Shown one piece after another: positions 39,745-54,284 of a stretch of DNA of 64,000 nucleotides. The notes under the pieces are model-generated. The model had not been told where the DNA came from, ran no database searches, and saw only the letters and a program-made list of their open reading frames with translations. This DNA is from Eledone cirrhosa. Taxonomy: Eukaryota. How positions within the stretch are numbered: the first letter of the stretch is position 1; each line of letters begins with the position of its first letter. The stretch is taken from positions 53,320,001 to 53,384,000 of the forward strand of contig OZ024743.1 in assembly GCA_964016885.1 (NCBI GenBank). Direction: 5' to 3'. The position numbers and the translations under genes were made by a program.

Positions 39745-40196
39745 TATATATATATAATATATATATATAGAGAGAGATGTTTCTCTGGGAGAAGTAATCT
39801 CTTTGTCTCAGAAGACCGAAACGAATATCTGTTAGAAAATTGGGAAAGATCTGATTTCCTCTACAATTTGATAATTCAACCTTCGCCCACATTCTTGTTT
39901 TAGATAAGATTTATAAACTAATATTTAGGTTTCCTATCTTCCGTACTTAAGAAATCTCATATTCTTATTTCTTCATTTATTCCGTCTTAAGAACTGTTCA
40001 ACACCAATATTAACATTTTCTTTCTCTTAGCTTCATTTTATCTCACTTTTTAAAGAATTCCCTGCTATTTTTTTATAATCTCACATATGAGAGACGTATT
40101 TTAGATATAACACATACGCAGTTTATTACCTGTGGGGTATACGCCACCATATTATATCTGATACACACACATACACATATACATGTATACATGCAG

Positions 40197-40261
<65 letters not shown>

Positions 40262-40265
<4 letters not shown>

Positions 40266-40740
40266 AGAAAACGAAAAATCAGTGATGCATCTGGACTTAA
40301 TTTATTGCGTGTTACAATTGTTTCTCCGGCAGGTAGCTTGAGACGTGGTCCTTGTATGGATCCGGCTGATTCTACTTCTGCAGGTTCATTCAGACACAAT
40401 TATTTCGTTAGGAGCAAATTTTATCACTGGGGTCTTATCATAAAAAAACACCCTCAAAAAACCCTACTTCCACTCATGTCATGCCATTGGCTGTTTTTAC
40501 TCCACGTCATCTCAAGTTCTGGTCAGTATCTACTACCACACGGGTCATCAAAAAACACCATAAAAATACCCTACTTCCACTCCTGTCATGCCATTGGCTG
40601 TTTTTACTCCACGTCATCACAAGTTCTGGTCAGTATCTACTGCTACACGGGTCATCAGCCATTTTCCGTACGACACATTTCGATGGAGTCATGCTGGGTT
40701 CAGCATCCCATACGTCTGTTCACACTTCACAGTAAGCACC
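40262..40740 (-). mobile_element. Penelope pseudo-LTR, direct repeat of 48045-48330
   Basis: Near-identical to 48045-48330, with an internal ~105-bp tandem duplication. Confidence 0.85.
40308..40398 (-). ncRNA. Type I hammerhead variant (CUGAAUGA core, long stem II)
   Basis: TGTGT-CTGAATGA-aCCtGCAG..GTAG...CTAC.CTGCcGGa-GAAA-CAATTG-TA^ACACG. Confidence 0.62.
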
Positions 40741-40986
40741 CACATATACTAATACACACACACACCCATGCAGACACCGACAGATTTATGCATACACACG
40801 CGTACGTCTACATGCGCAGACACACCCACACCCACATACATACATATATGTATATACACACACACACACTCTCTCCCTCACCTCCACGGACCCAGTCACA
40901 CCAACTTGTAGATACATATCGCCACAAGCCTTATGGCGGCTGCTTACTTCGTCCCGTGTGTCCGGTTAGAATAATCATGACCTATT

Positions 40987-41040
<54 letters not shown>

Positions 41041-41287
41041 CACACATACATACGCACAATCTTATATATATTTATATATCTATATATACACACTTATACA
41101 CACACATATATGCATACACACATACATGCACATACATACATAAACACACATACATGCATGTACATATATATATACATACATATACATACACATACATACA
41201 TACACACATATATATATATATATATATTCACACATGCCCACACATACATATAAAATACGCATACGTACACAAACATTACATACACAT

Positions 41288-41321
<34 letters not shown>

Positions 41322-42163
41322 TTCAATCATATATTTTTCAATCTATATTTTTATATTTTCTTTTTTTTTTATTTGTTTGACCCGAATTACTTGGTCGTTT
41401 CTATGGTTGTGCGGATGACGGTTTAACCATCGTCTCAGTGTGTTTGGCCTTTAACGTATGTTGCAGCTCTGGTTCGTCAGAATTATTGAGCGCTTGCCAC
41501 ACATCTCGGAAGTTGTTTTTCGCTAATTCCTAAGCCGAAATACGATTCTCGCTAATTTATATTTATATATATATATATATATACACACAAAAAAATCCCA
41601 CAACCTAACATGCATACGCACAGCCACATATATACACATATATATACACACCCACGCATATCCCGACATATATACATCTATATATTATATACACACACAT
41701 ACGCACAGCCACACATATACACATATATATATACACCCACGCATATGCCGACATATATACATCTACATATGCCGACATATATACATCTACATATGCATAC
41801 GCACACGTGCTGCCACATGCATATACCTACACATATGCATATTTGCCCGCACAGATATGTGCTTCCACACATACAAATATAAACAAAACCGTAAATAAAC
41901 GTTCATTATACAATAAAAAACAATATACCATAAACTAACGGTACATTACTGTAACATAAAATATAATATATAAAATATAATATACAATATGATATATATA
42001 TATATATTTGCCTGCACACATATGTGCTTCCACATATACAAATATAGACAAAACTGTGAATTAAAAGTTAAAGATACATTATATAATAAAAAAAAACATA
42101 TACCATAAACTAACGGTACATTACTGTAACATAGAATATAACATATAAGATATAATATACAAT

Positions 42164-42243
<80 letters not shown>

Positions 42244-42486
42244 CATATATACACATACATATACATACCCACACACACATGTACACAGATTCATACATAT
42301 ACGGATATATAAAAAGGATAAGTGATAAAGTAATACAACAAGAATAATAGTAATAATAAGAAGCACATATACTCCATATATAATCATCCGCACACATTCA
42401 TGTGAGATGCACATAAACACCTACATGTATGCACAAATACGCATACACACATATATAGGCCCACATATGCGTACACCCTCACCCGC

Positions 42487-42522
<36 letters not shown>

Positions 42523-42529
42523 GTAGGAG

Positions 42530-44099
42530 GTGAGTTTTATTGTAGTACAATAAAGCAATGCAGATATCGGATAAGAAGCACTCTACAGTTTGTAGGACTG
42601 GAGTATACATAATATAAGATCAAAAGATGGTTAAAGGAGTTCCATGTATTTTATTATGCGCATTTCAAAAACAAACATCATCATGCAATAATATTTGTGT
42701 TTTCATCAGATAAAACAGGAGAACATGATATGAAGGCTAAAAAACACTTGTGGATAGTGCAGTTTTAAATCAACATATGAAAAGTGGTTTTAGATTGATG
42801 TGTGATATTGGGAAAAATATTTTATTTAGAGAGGGGGGGTGAAAAAGGGAAGGAGATGAGAGGGAGAGATGGGTGATAGAGAGAAAGAGATAGTTTTTAT
42901 AACTGAGAGAAGATATATTGTTTTACATAGAGAGGTTGAAAACCGTTGGAAGATAATGTATAAATTAAAAGAATTTGAAAATTAGCGAAGGGAAAGATAT
43001 GTACGAGGAAAAAATATTTTATTTAGGGAGGGGGGGGGGAAGGATGAAAAAAGGGGGAGGAGATGAGAGTGAAGGTGGAGAGGGAGAGATGGGTGATAGA
43101 GAGAAAGAGATAGTTTTTATAACTGAGAAAAGATATATTGTTTTACATAGAGAGGTTGAGAACCGTTGGAAGATAATGTATAAATTAAAAGAATTTAAAA
43201 ATTAGCGAAGGGAAAAATATTTGCGAGGAAAGAGAGGGAGTTTATGTATGAAGATAGAGAGAAAAAAATAATAATTGTGGATGAATATTCTAACGTGAAA
43301 AAGGTGTATGTTGATAAGTATTGTGGCAATTTCAAAATTAACGAAGAGAAAAAAAAATTATTAAGGTTTGTGTGTAGAAGGATTTGAGAAAAATAATGTG
43401 AAGTTAAAGTTTGTATATTGAAGGAATTGATAATATGTGCGAAGAACGAGTTAATATGTATTAAGAATGAGTTCGTTGATGGGGAGAAAAAAATAATAAA
43501 TTAAGGATGAAATTGAGATTAAAAAGTTTTATGATAGAGAGAAAAAATAATAATAATTGCGGATGAATATTCTAACGTCAAAAAAACAAATGTATATGTT
43601 ATGAAGGATTTTACAAGGTGAAGATAGAAAGAGGGTAATGAGTAAACAAGTATTATAGAGTGTATAATGCCCTTTAAAGTAAGGTAGGAAGATGGGTATA
43701 TTTTAAAGAGGTGTATGTATATGTGCCTTTGAGAAAAGATTCTAAATTGATAAAGAATTGAATATTAACTGTATACTTTGTGAAAAGTCCTATGGAATTT
43801 ATGCAGGCAGATAGAAAACAAATCTGTACGTCTATTTATTATAGAATCTAGATTAGAGATAATGGTAAATTTTTCATTTAGGCAGAGATTACAGATTTTA
43901 GATAGAGAGCTGTTCAAGTATGAGGATGCAGAAGAAACCTTCTTCCAAAAGATGGTATATTTAATGTTTTTGTCTTTCAAGGACCATATGAGTTCTGAGA
44001 GAGCCGTGTTGGTTCTTTTAAGTTTGTATTTGAAAGATGAATGGTGATTATAGAGACGAGCTTTAAAAGAGGTGGAAGTGGAGCCAAAATAGGTGATCT

Positions 44100-44100
<1 letters not shown>
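42530..44100 (-). mobile_element. Penelope-like element 3' fragment (GIY-YIG C-terminus + 3' UTR)
   Basis: ORF 43765-43980 ICNLCLNEKFTII...INRRTDLFSICLHK; hammerhead near the 3' end; (TA)n at both ends; ~240-bp internal tandem duplication at 42808-43230. Confidence 0.75.
42648..42716 (-). ncRNA. Type I hammerhead ribozyme, canonical core
   Basis: TTTTAT-CTGATGA-AAACACAAATATTATTGCATGATGATGTTTGTTTTT-GAAA-TGCGCA-TA^ATAAAA; palindromic stem III. Confidence 0.85.
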
Positions 44101-44168
<68 letters not shown>

Positions 44169-44411
44169 CATATATGCATATACTTACTCACCCCCCCCCC
44201 CACACACACAGCTACTCATACGTTGCTATACGTACATACGCACACATATATAGATATACATACATATATATATTCACATATACACATACACACATATACA
44301 CACATTCCACCACATATGTACATATATGCACATGTCTGCACATACACGCGCATATAAGCTGATGCACACACGCACCCATGCCCATGTACCCCCCCCCCGC
44401 ACACAGCCACG

Positions 44412-44442
<31 letters not shown>

Positions 44443-44985
44443 CTACACACATACATATGTCTACGCACAGGTCCACGCATAAAAACACGCGAATATAAAC
44501 ACAATATGATAATAAAGCAAAAAAATAAATAAATAAATAAATTTACAATATTTTAGGGTACATTACAATCTGTATGTAACCGCATAAATAGGTAGAATAA
44601 AAAAAAAGGGGTAAAATACAAAAAAAAACGGGTAAAATACAAAAAAAACAAAAAAGAAACAAAAAAAAAACAGGGGGGAGGTCCAGGACGAGGTGAGTGT
44701 GTCACAGGTAGTATGAAGTACAAATCTGTGTCCGTGTGTAGAACAGGTAACAGTAACAACAATAATTGAACAATAATGATAGTAATAATCATTGTTCCAA
44801 AGTGGAACAGGTGGAGAGTATATAGTCACGACTGACGGGGTATACATTCATGGGTACGCCCGTCCCAGTCGCCATTGGGAATGGCACCGTGGCTGGAGTG
44901 TGCTGTTCCATATGTTTAGGGCACAGGACCGGTCCCGGCCCATGCGAAGTATCTTCCAATGTTGTGTGCTCGGTCAGGTGCGCCC

Positions 44986-47912
44986 CTAGTTTACATATGT
45001 TTGCCTCACGGGTTGCGCACCGTCATCATGGCATGGCGTCAGGTCCCCTACCCCCGTTGGGCCAATCGGGTCTGTGCGTACCCGTTCCCATGCCCCCTGC
45101 CTGCGCCACCCGCAGGATTCCATGCTTCTCTGGTGTCTGCATGTCATGATAATTTCAGACTTCAGGTTGACGGCGTCATCCTTCAGTCTGACTATCTCCA
45201 TGGTCTCGTGTAGGCACAATCGGCCCTTTCTACTTCCGGCCGAATATGCCCTCGCGTGGTGAACGATACTCCATTCCAGGGCGTATGGAGTGCCTTGGTC
45301 TTTCAGGTCCCACACCAGGTCCACTAACCTAGTGGAGTGCCTTTTGCTACGGTCCCTGAAGGAATTCGTGTGATTATACATCCGCGATTTAAAGGTCGTG
45401 GATGTTGCGCCAATGTAGATGCGATGTGCGTTTTGGGTTGTAACCACACACTTGTATATTACGTCTTTCATCAAGCATTTTCCCTGTAAGGGGCACCGGG
45501 TGCCCGCTCTACAGTTACAAGTTCTGCTGTCAGTTCTTGTGCATCCTATGTCCGGGCCTCGATCTGTTATAGCCCTCTCAAGGTTCTCATTGTGTTGTAC
45601 CGCCGACACTGTTGTCTCCCCCATGCCACTGTTTCCCTCTCGGTGTTGGACCATATCGCCCTCCGAGGGCCTGGTTGTCATTTGAGGGCAGGTCCCTGGT
45701 TGGTTCTCCGCGCTCCGAAAGACGGTCACTCTGTCGCCGCGGTTGACGGCCAGTGTGCGCCATCTTCATCGCGTTAGTTTTAGCCATGTAGTCGGCCATA
45801 TTAGGCGCTGTGGAGAAGGAAAATTTCACCGTGTGGCGGTTGAAGATTTTATGGTATTTGTTTGTCGGCGGAAAGCACTCATCTAGCGCTCGGAAGAAAA
45901 TTCCTGGCACGTTGGTGCGTACACGTTTGGAGTAAGGCGCATTAAACCAGGTAACGGCCTTAGATCTGTTCCTTCTTGTGCTTGCATTCATATTGGTGTG
46001 TCCAGGACTCGATGTCCGTCCAGTGCTCGGCCCAACCACAGTTTCGTTCCGTGTATTGTCTGTCTATTTGCTCGCTAAGTGCGTCGGGGTTACGTTCTAC
46101 AGTTATAAAGTTACGTCGTTCTATGGGGTCATCTGTACGTCTATTCCCATTAGGTCTATGTGATGCTGTTGTTGGTGCTGTATCACTACAACCTGGATGG
46201 TCGTGCTCCGTGGCGTGTGCCCCGTTCGTTTTTGTCGAAGTTCTGTCCGTGGTCCCAGTTGGCGCGGAGTATGCCGTGTGCGTGCGAGGCCCATGTCTCC
46301 GCGTACTGGGTGGTCTGGCTCCTATGGGTGCCTTAGTCCTACCTTGGGTCGGTCCTGTGTCATTAATGCTAATTGTGTTGTTATTTGTGTTCCTGGATAC
46401 TGCTACCGGGTCAATTCTTCTACCTATGGAGGCGCCCTCGCTATTGGCATTTCTGCACGCCTTATCACTAGGCTCTACTCCGTCCGGGGTATATATTATG
46501 GTGTCTTTGTGACCGGCCCTACGCAGTGCCTCATTATAATATTTGGTGTGCTGTTTAAACACTTCTGCGTTCGACGACAGGGTGGATACGCGTTTGGATA
46601 TCCCTTTAACTATGGCTTCTATGACTGACTTAGGGTGATTCGATTGCCTGTTCACATATTGTAGGTTTTCGTTGGGCTTATGGTACGGTCTGTGGATGCC
46701 CGTATTCATTTCCAAGGTAACGTCCAGGAAATTGACCGTCTTAGTGCTAGTGTCTATTGTCACGGATAAGCCGTATTGTTTAAAAAAATGCGATATGCGC
46801 TTCCTCGTACGCTCCATCTGACTGGGGTTAAGGGAACGGAAGGTGAAAAGTGCGTCGTCTCTGTATATTCCACCTCCGATCCCCGGGGATCTCCTCCGTC
46901 AGCCTATGGATGAGATATATTCCCACAAGGTCGGTCACCTGCATCGAGTCACTTGACCCCATGGTGATATCGAAACTGTCGGGTCTGTTCCTCCTCTCCC
47001 ATAACTTGTCTTCGAAACTAATTAGCGTCTTTCTGGCTGCTACTATGAGGTTGGTCTCGTCCCTAGTGAGACTAGATCTGGCCATGGCGCTTATGGGGGC
47101 CTTATTGACTAGTATCAGAGATACTGACGCGTAGTAGCTATCTATGTCTAACTGAATAAAATTTACTTGGTGTTTGTCATCTATTAACGAGAACCAGTCA
47201 ATTACCTCCTTAGTGGAGGTCCATAGGCTAAGCTTAGTTTTGTTCCTAAGTACGGGTAATATCCTATCTATAATATTCTTGCTGGTCCTGCCTAAGTCGG
47301 ATTTGGAGGGTGCTATTAACCTAACCGGTAGTTTAGTTTTAAAGTCTAATTTATGGTCTTTAATAGATATACGTGGTCTTCTAGGTACATATACCTCGGT
47401 CCTATCCTCTAGTCCTAGCCCCGTCAGTATATTTTTTGTCGTGGCGTTAATACTATCTAAATTTGTCTGCCCGGTGGTCCTATAGTTTTTCCTAATCTCT
47501 TTCCCGAGGCAGTCATTGTATGTAAAACGGTCAAGCATGTATACATTACCAGTTTTGTCCGAGGGCACGAGTAAATCCTGGCATTTTCCATGCTTTTGAT
47601 GGTGGATCCGAGACTTTTGAGATATTTTCTCCGTTGTGCACTATTCCTATGGAACTTGATGTTACGGACTATGTTGACAATACGGTTTTCAAATTCCTCC
47701 AGTTGTGCATTATGTGGTGGATGTCTTTTCGATCTAAATATCCGCTTTAGGCGGTCCTGAGAGGCGTCTGGCGCGTGTTGTTGTGTCCGCCTGTCGTGGT
47801 GAAATGCGCGCCACCTCATGCGTCTGATGAACGAATTGGTGTAGTATATCAGCAGGCCCGTGTACGTGTTATCAGACGGGATCATGGAAGAGGAGTAGTT
47901 GAATTTTTCCAT
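44986..47912 (-). mobile_element. Penelope-like element (Neptune type) RT + GIY-YIG ORF, frameshifted
   Basis: FIRRMRWRAF, SDKTGNVY, RLIAP.KSDLG, QLDIDSYY, ITMGS, GIYRDD (across a frameshift), NFLDVTL, WFNAPYS, CNC..CPLQGKCL, VIY..IYIG..FKSR..NH, CLHE..N.KSE..CRH. Confidence 0.93.
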
Positions 47913-48044
47913 GGCTAATCGCTGTAAGCGCTCTATTTGTGGAGAAGCGTATTATATAGTTGTGTATAATGGTAGCTAGGGTGCTTCCATAGGCGGTATG
48001 CCAAAATTAGCACTCGATATTCATCAGAGTAGAGTGTAGATATT

Positions 48045-48330
48045 CAAAAGAAAACGAAAAATTAGTGATGCATCTGGACTTAATTTATTGCGTGTTACAA
48101 TTGTTTCTCCGGTAGGTAGCTTGAGACGTGGTCCTTATATGGATCCGGCTGATTCTACTTCTGCAGGTTCATTCAGACACGATTATTTCGTTAGGAGCAA
48201 ATTTTATCACTGGGGTGTTATCATAAAAAAACCCCTAAAAAAACCCTACTTCCACTCTTGTCATGCCATTGGCTGTTTTTACTCCACGTCATCACAAGTT
48301 CTGGTCAGTATCTACTGCCACACCGGTCAT
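48045..48330 (-). mobile_element. 5' pseudo-LTR of the Neptune element
   Basis: Directly upstream of the ORF start at 47912; repeat of 40262-40550. Confidence 0.85.
48091..48181 (-). ncRNA. Type I hammerhead variant (CUGAAUGA core)
   Basis: CGTGT-CTGAATGA-...-GAAA-CAATTG-TA^ACACG; stem I has C-G where the 40.3-kb copy has U-G. Confidence 0.62.
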
Positions 48331-48331
48331 C

Positions 48332-48367
<36 letters not shown>

Positions 48368-48396
48368 GTGTGTATGTGTATATAAATGTAAGTATG

Positions 48397-48473
<77 letters not shown>

Positions 48474-49222
48474 AATATGATAATAATGGAGCTGCGGCGC
48501 TGCAAATGGGTTACATATGAAAAAGTTTGTCCTCATCAGTGGCCATCCAACCGTCGTAGGCATTTCGTCGCATTAGAGGCCATATGCCTCAGGTTGGTGC
48601 GAGCAACGGCTAAAAAAAAGTCGTTGGGACACGTAAATAAGGGGGACCTCCCGTTAGACCTGTGCGAAATTCCTTCCTTGCTCACATTTCAACCAGGTTT
48701 GATGGTCTTTATTCTCTCGTTCACGATTTCACCGAATTTATATTCATAGAAATCTGGGACTTGTTTCCTTCTTCACTACTTTCTGCTGCTTAAACCATTT
48801 TGTTCGTTTACCATAGCGTCCCCCTTATTTCGTGTCCCAACGACTTTTTTTTAGCCGTTGCTCGCACCAACCTGAGGTATATGGCCTCTAATGCGACGAA
48901 ATGCCTACGACGGTTGGATGGCCACTGATGAGGACAAACTTTTTCATATATATATATATATATAAAAGGTATATATTGAGTTAGAAACTCAAAATAGTCT
49001 CTTACAATAAAATAGCTCCAGGAAAGAGATTTTTCCGAGCCGTATATTATAATTGAATATAAAAGAAAAACGAACACAGACATATACATATATGTGTTCA
49101 AATCGCAAGGGACCGGATTCGCTAAGGTGAAAAGAATACTAACTATAGACAATAGGGTTTGCCAGACTCAATTTAAGAATAAATCAAGAAAATAAATACA
49201 AACCGGAATTGTGGTAACTACG

Positions 49223-49305
49223 AATCACCCAGACAGCTTTGGTAATGCTGTTTCGCAAAATTAATTGTGAAAAGGAATACCAATTCTTGCTCATCAGTGT
49301 ATATT
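49223..49305 (-). ncRNA. Type I hammerhead ribozyme, canonical core, GUC site
   Basis: TATACA-CTGATGA-GCAAGAATTG...CAATTAATTTTGC-GAAA-CAGC(attaccaaa)GCTG-TC^TGGGTG. Confidence 0.82.
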
Positions 49306-49465
49306 AAAAAACTGAATAGTGTGCGTATATATAATAACGCACATGGTATCTGAACTTAGCGTGTCTCACAAACTCAAACCACTAAAAATAGCAGCAGCGA
49401 ATCTGCTCCTTTACGATTTGAACACATATATGTATATATCTGTGTTCGTTTTTCTTTTATATTCA

Positions 49466-49503
<38 letters not shown>

Positions 49504-49523
49504 TGTATGTATGTATGTATGTA

Positions 49524-49616
<93 letters not shown>

Positions 49617-49770
49617 GATATTCGTAGATTAAAGGCCTAGGAAAACAATGCTCAAGGGAGCTTATTTAGTATATATTAAATTTCCATACATTTTAGAACG
49701 GCCCCTCCATTATACATTGGACCCCGAAACCTAAACTACACTTATACATGTTAAGTATTTGAAATTTTAA

Positions 49771-49900
49771 GCGTGTGGATTAGTGGTTAGAGAATTGGAT
49801 TTGCAATCGTAAGATTGTGAGTTCGATTCCTGTTCCGGGCGATGCGTTATGTCCTTGAGCAAGACACTTTATTTCACGTTGCTCCTTCTACCTGGAGTTG
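49771..49900 (+). mobile_element. tRNA-derived SINE family B (partial)
   Basis: TAGTGGTTAGAG..GAGTTCGATTCC..CCTTGAGCAAGACACTTTATTTCACG. Confidence 0.8.
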
Positions 49901-49984
49901 CGACCGATATATAGTATTAGCAATTGGAAAAATTAATGGAAACATTCTTTCCTCGGTCCGATTTGACGGAAGTCAATCGACTCA

Positions 49985-50030
<46 letters not shown>

Positions 50031-50033
<3 letters not shown>

Positions 50034-50209
50034 ACGAAGGAAATGTAGTAAGGAACCAGGTGGACCATAACGCACCAAAGTACTCAATACTTAGGGTAGT
50101 AGAGTGGGTAATAGGAACAAGTAAGACCCCGACGGCTGAGCTCAAGCCGTTTCGACACAGAATTAGCCGTCGAAACGGCTTGAGCTCAGCCGTCGGGGTC
50201 TTACTTGTT

Positions 50210-50213
<4 letters not shown>
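50031..50213 (-). mobile_element. Fold-back half-hammerhead element, copy 1
   Basis: Unique ~80-bp arm plus ~100-bp palindrome, (TA)n on both sides. Confidence 0.8.
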
Positions 50214-50271
<58 letters not shown>

Positions 50272-50298
50272 AGAAAAACCACAAACCCTCCATCTCAA

Positions 50299-50342
50299 TT
50301 CTACTTTTGAAAAGCACAAGAACTGCGAAACCGGTAAAGGAA
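50299..50342 (+). ncRNA. Minimal type I hammerhead with U3-A8 core
   Basis: TTC(ta)CTT-TTGAAAA-GCA(caagaac)TGC-GAAA-CCGG-TA^AAGGAA. Confidence 0.55.
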
Positions 50343-50404
50343 CCAAATAAATAAATTTAAAAAAAAAAGACTCCAGTTGCATTTTCGATTTCATATTTTT
50401 TCCT

Positions 50405-50445
<41 letters not shown>

Positions 50446-50585
50446 ATACATTAACAGAGAAAGCCTTAAGCGATACTCCGACCAACTCCATCTCACTCAA
50501 CAAACATTACGATATACCTAAGTATTCTCCCAATTTAGTGTTTGGGGTGCTAACTAATCAGTATTTCGTGGATAGCTGGTTGTAT

Positions 50586-50620
<35 letters not shown>

Positions 50621-50624
<4 letters not shown>

Positions 50625-50815
50625 AACCAGTAAGACCCCGACAGCTGAGCTCAAGCCGTTTCGACGGCTAATTCTGGACGTCCAGAATTAGCCGTCGAAA
50701 CGGCTTGAGCTCAGCTGTCGGGGTCTTACTGGTTCCTATTACCCACTCTACTACCTCAAGTATTGAGTACTTTGGTGCGTTATGGTCCACCTGGTTCCTT
50801 ACCACATTTCCTTCG

Positions 50816-50819
<4 letters not shown>
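50621..50819 (+). mobile_element. Fold-back half-hammerhead element, copy 2
   Basis: Perfect ~118-bp palindrome centred on GGACGTCC plus the unique arm; (TA)n flanks. Confidence 0.8.
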
Positions 50820-50847
<28 letters not shown>

Positions 50848-51594
50848 CAGTTGAAAATTGGTCTGGTTATCACTTATTTTTTATTATTTATTTTGTTTTG
50901 ACCTGTTTAGCTTGATTTGGTTTTTGGCTTGGGTGGTTAATGCTTTCTTGACCACCTTTTCAGTTTTGTATGGCTTCTTAACACATTGTTTAGCTCTGGT
51001 TTTTAACTATTGAGCACTTTGCCAGTATCATTTCTGATTTTATCATTTCTGATTTTTGCGTTTCGCTTCGCTTTTCTTGCCCGCCGAAATGCGATTCTCG
51101 CTGAATCCTTATTTGTATATATATATATATATATATTAATAAAAGGAATTCCAACTTTGTCTGATTTACTCGTTTTATTTACAATCCTTTAAAATTTATA
51201 ATGGTATTAGAATGAAATAGTATGGTAGAATATTAAATGTTAAGTGTTAATTGAACAAGTACTTTCATGCTTTCGCAATCTTCAGGTTCATAATGTGTGG
51301 TGACAGTCAACTTTGTAATTTTCACAGTTGAAAATTACAAACTTAACATTTATTATATATATATATATAATATAAAGAGAGAAGGCGTGAGAGAGAGGGA
51401 GGGAAAAGAAGAGAGGGAGGGAGAGAGAGAGAGAGAGAGAGGCGAAATATATCATCCAGCAGATAAACAAAGCTTTGTGTGTAGGTGTGTGCGTCCGCGC
51501 ATGTGTGGAGGTGTGAAAGTGTGAAGGTGTGAAAAGACAGAACAGCGACATCAGCCACTTTGGCCATCATCATGCTGTTTGTCTATTTATAATC

Positions 51595-52385
<791 letters not shown>

Positions 52386-52592
52386 CTCTCTCCAACACCC
52401 TGCTTATTGCTTATTCTTTTTTTTTCTTTCCCCATCTTATAGAATTGACAGTGATCTGGTGTCGCTATATTTACTTACATAACAATAACGATTGTTGTTG
52501 GAAGTAAATAAAAGTGAGAATGAGTATAGGGGGATTTCTTTTTCTCATGTGACTCCCTCTTACTTTCTTACCTTATATAGAAAGTAATCAAA

Positions 52593-52640
<48 letters not shown>

Positions 52641-52643
<3 letters not shown>

Positions 52644-52864
52644 TTCCTTCGTTATATATATATATATAACGAAGGAAGTGTGGTAAGGAACCAGGTGGAC
52701 CATAACGCACCAGAGTACTCAATACTTAGGGTAGTCGAGTGGGTAATAGGAAAGTATTCAAGACCCCGACGGCAGAGCTCAAGCCGTTTCGACGGCTATT
52801 CCAGTCCAGAAATAGCCGTCGAAACGGCTTGAGTTCTGCCGTCGGGGTCTTGAATATTTTCCTA
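52641..52864 (-). mobile_element. Fold-back half-hammerhead element, copy 3 (subfamily B)
   Basis: Same architecture, plus a short inverted copy of its terminus at 52641-52654. Confidence 0.8.
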
Positions 52865-52890
52865 TATATATATATATATACATATTCGAT

Positions 52891-54257
<1,367 letters not shown>

Positions 54258-54284
54258 TATATATATATATATATATATAATAAA

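Noticed and set aside
40305-41426. 373-aa ORF
   Set aside because: Antisense to a pLTR and continued through (CA)/(TA) microsatellite; no domain signal.
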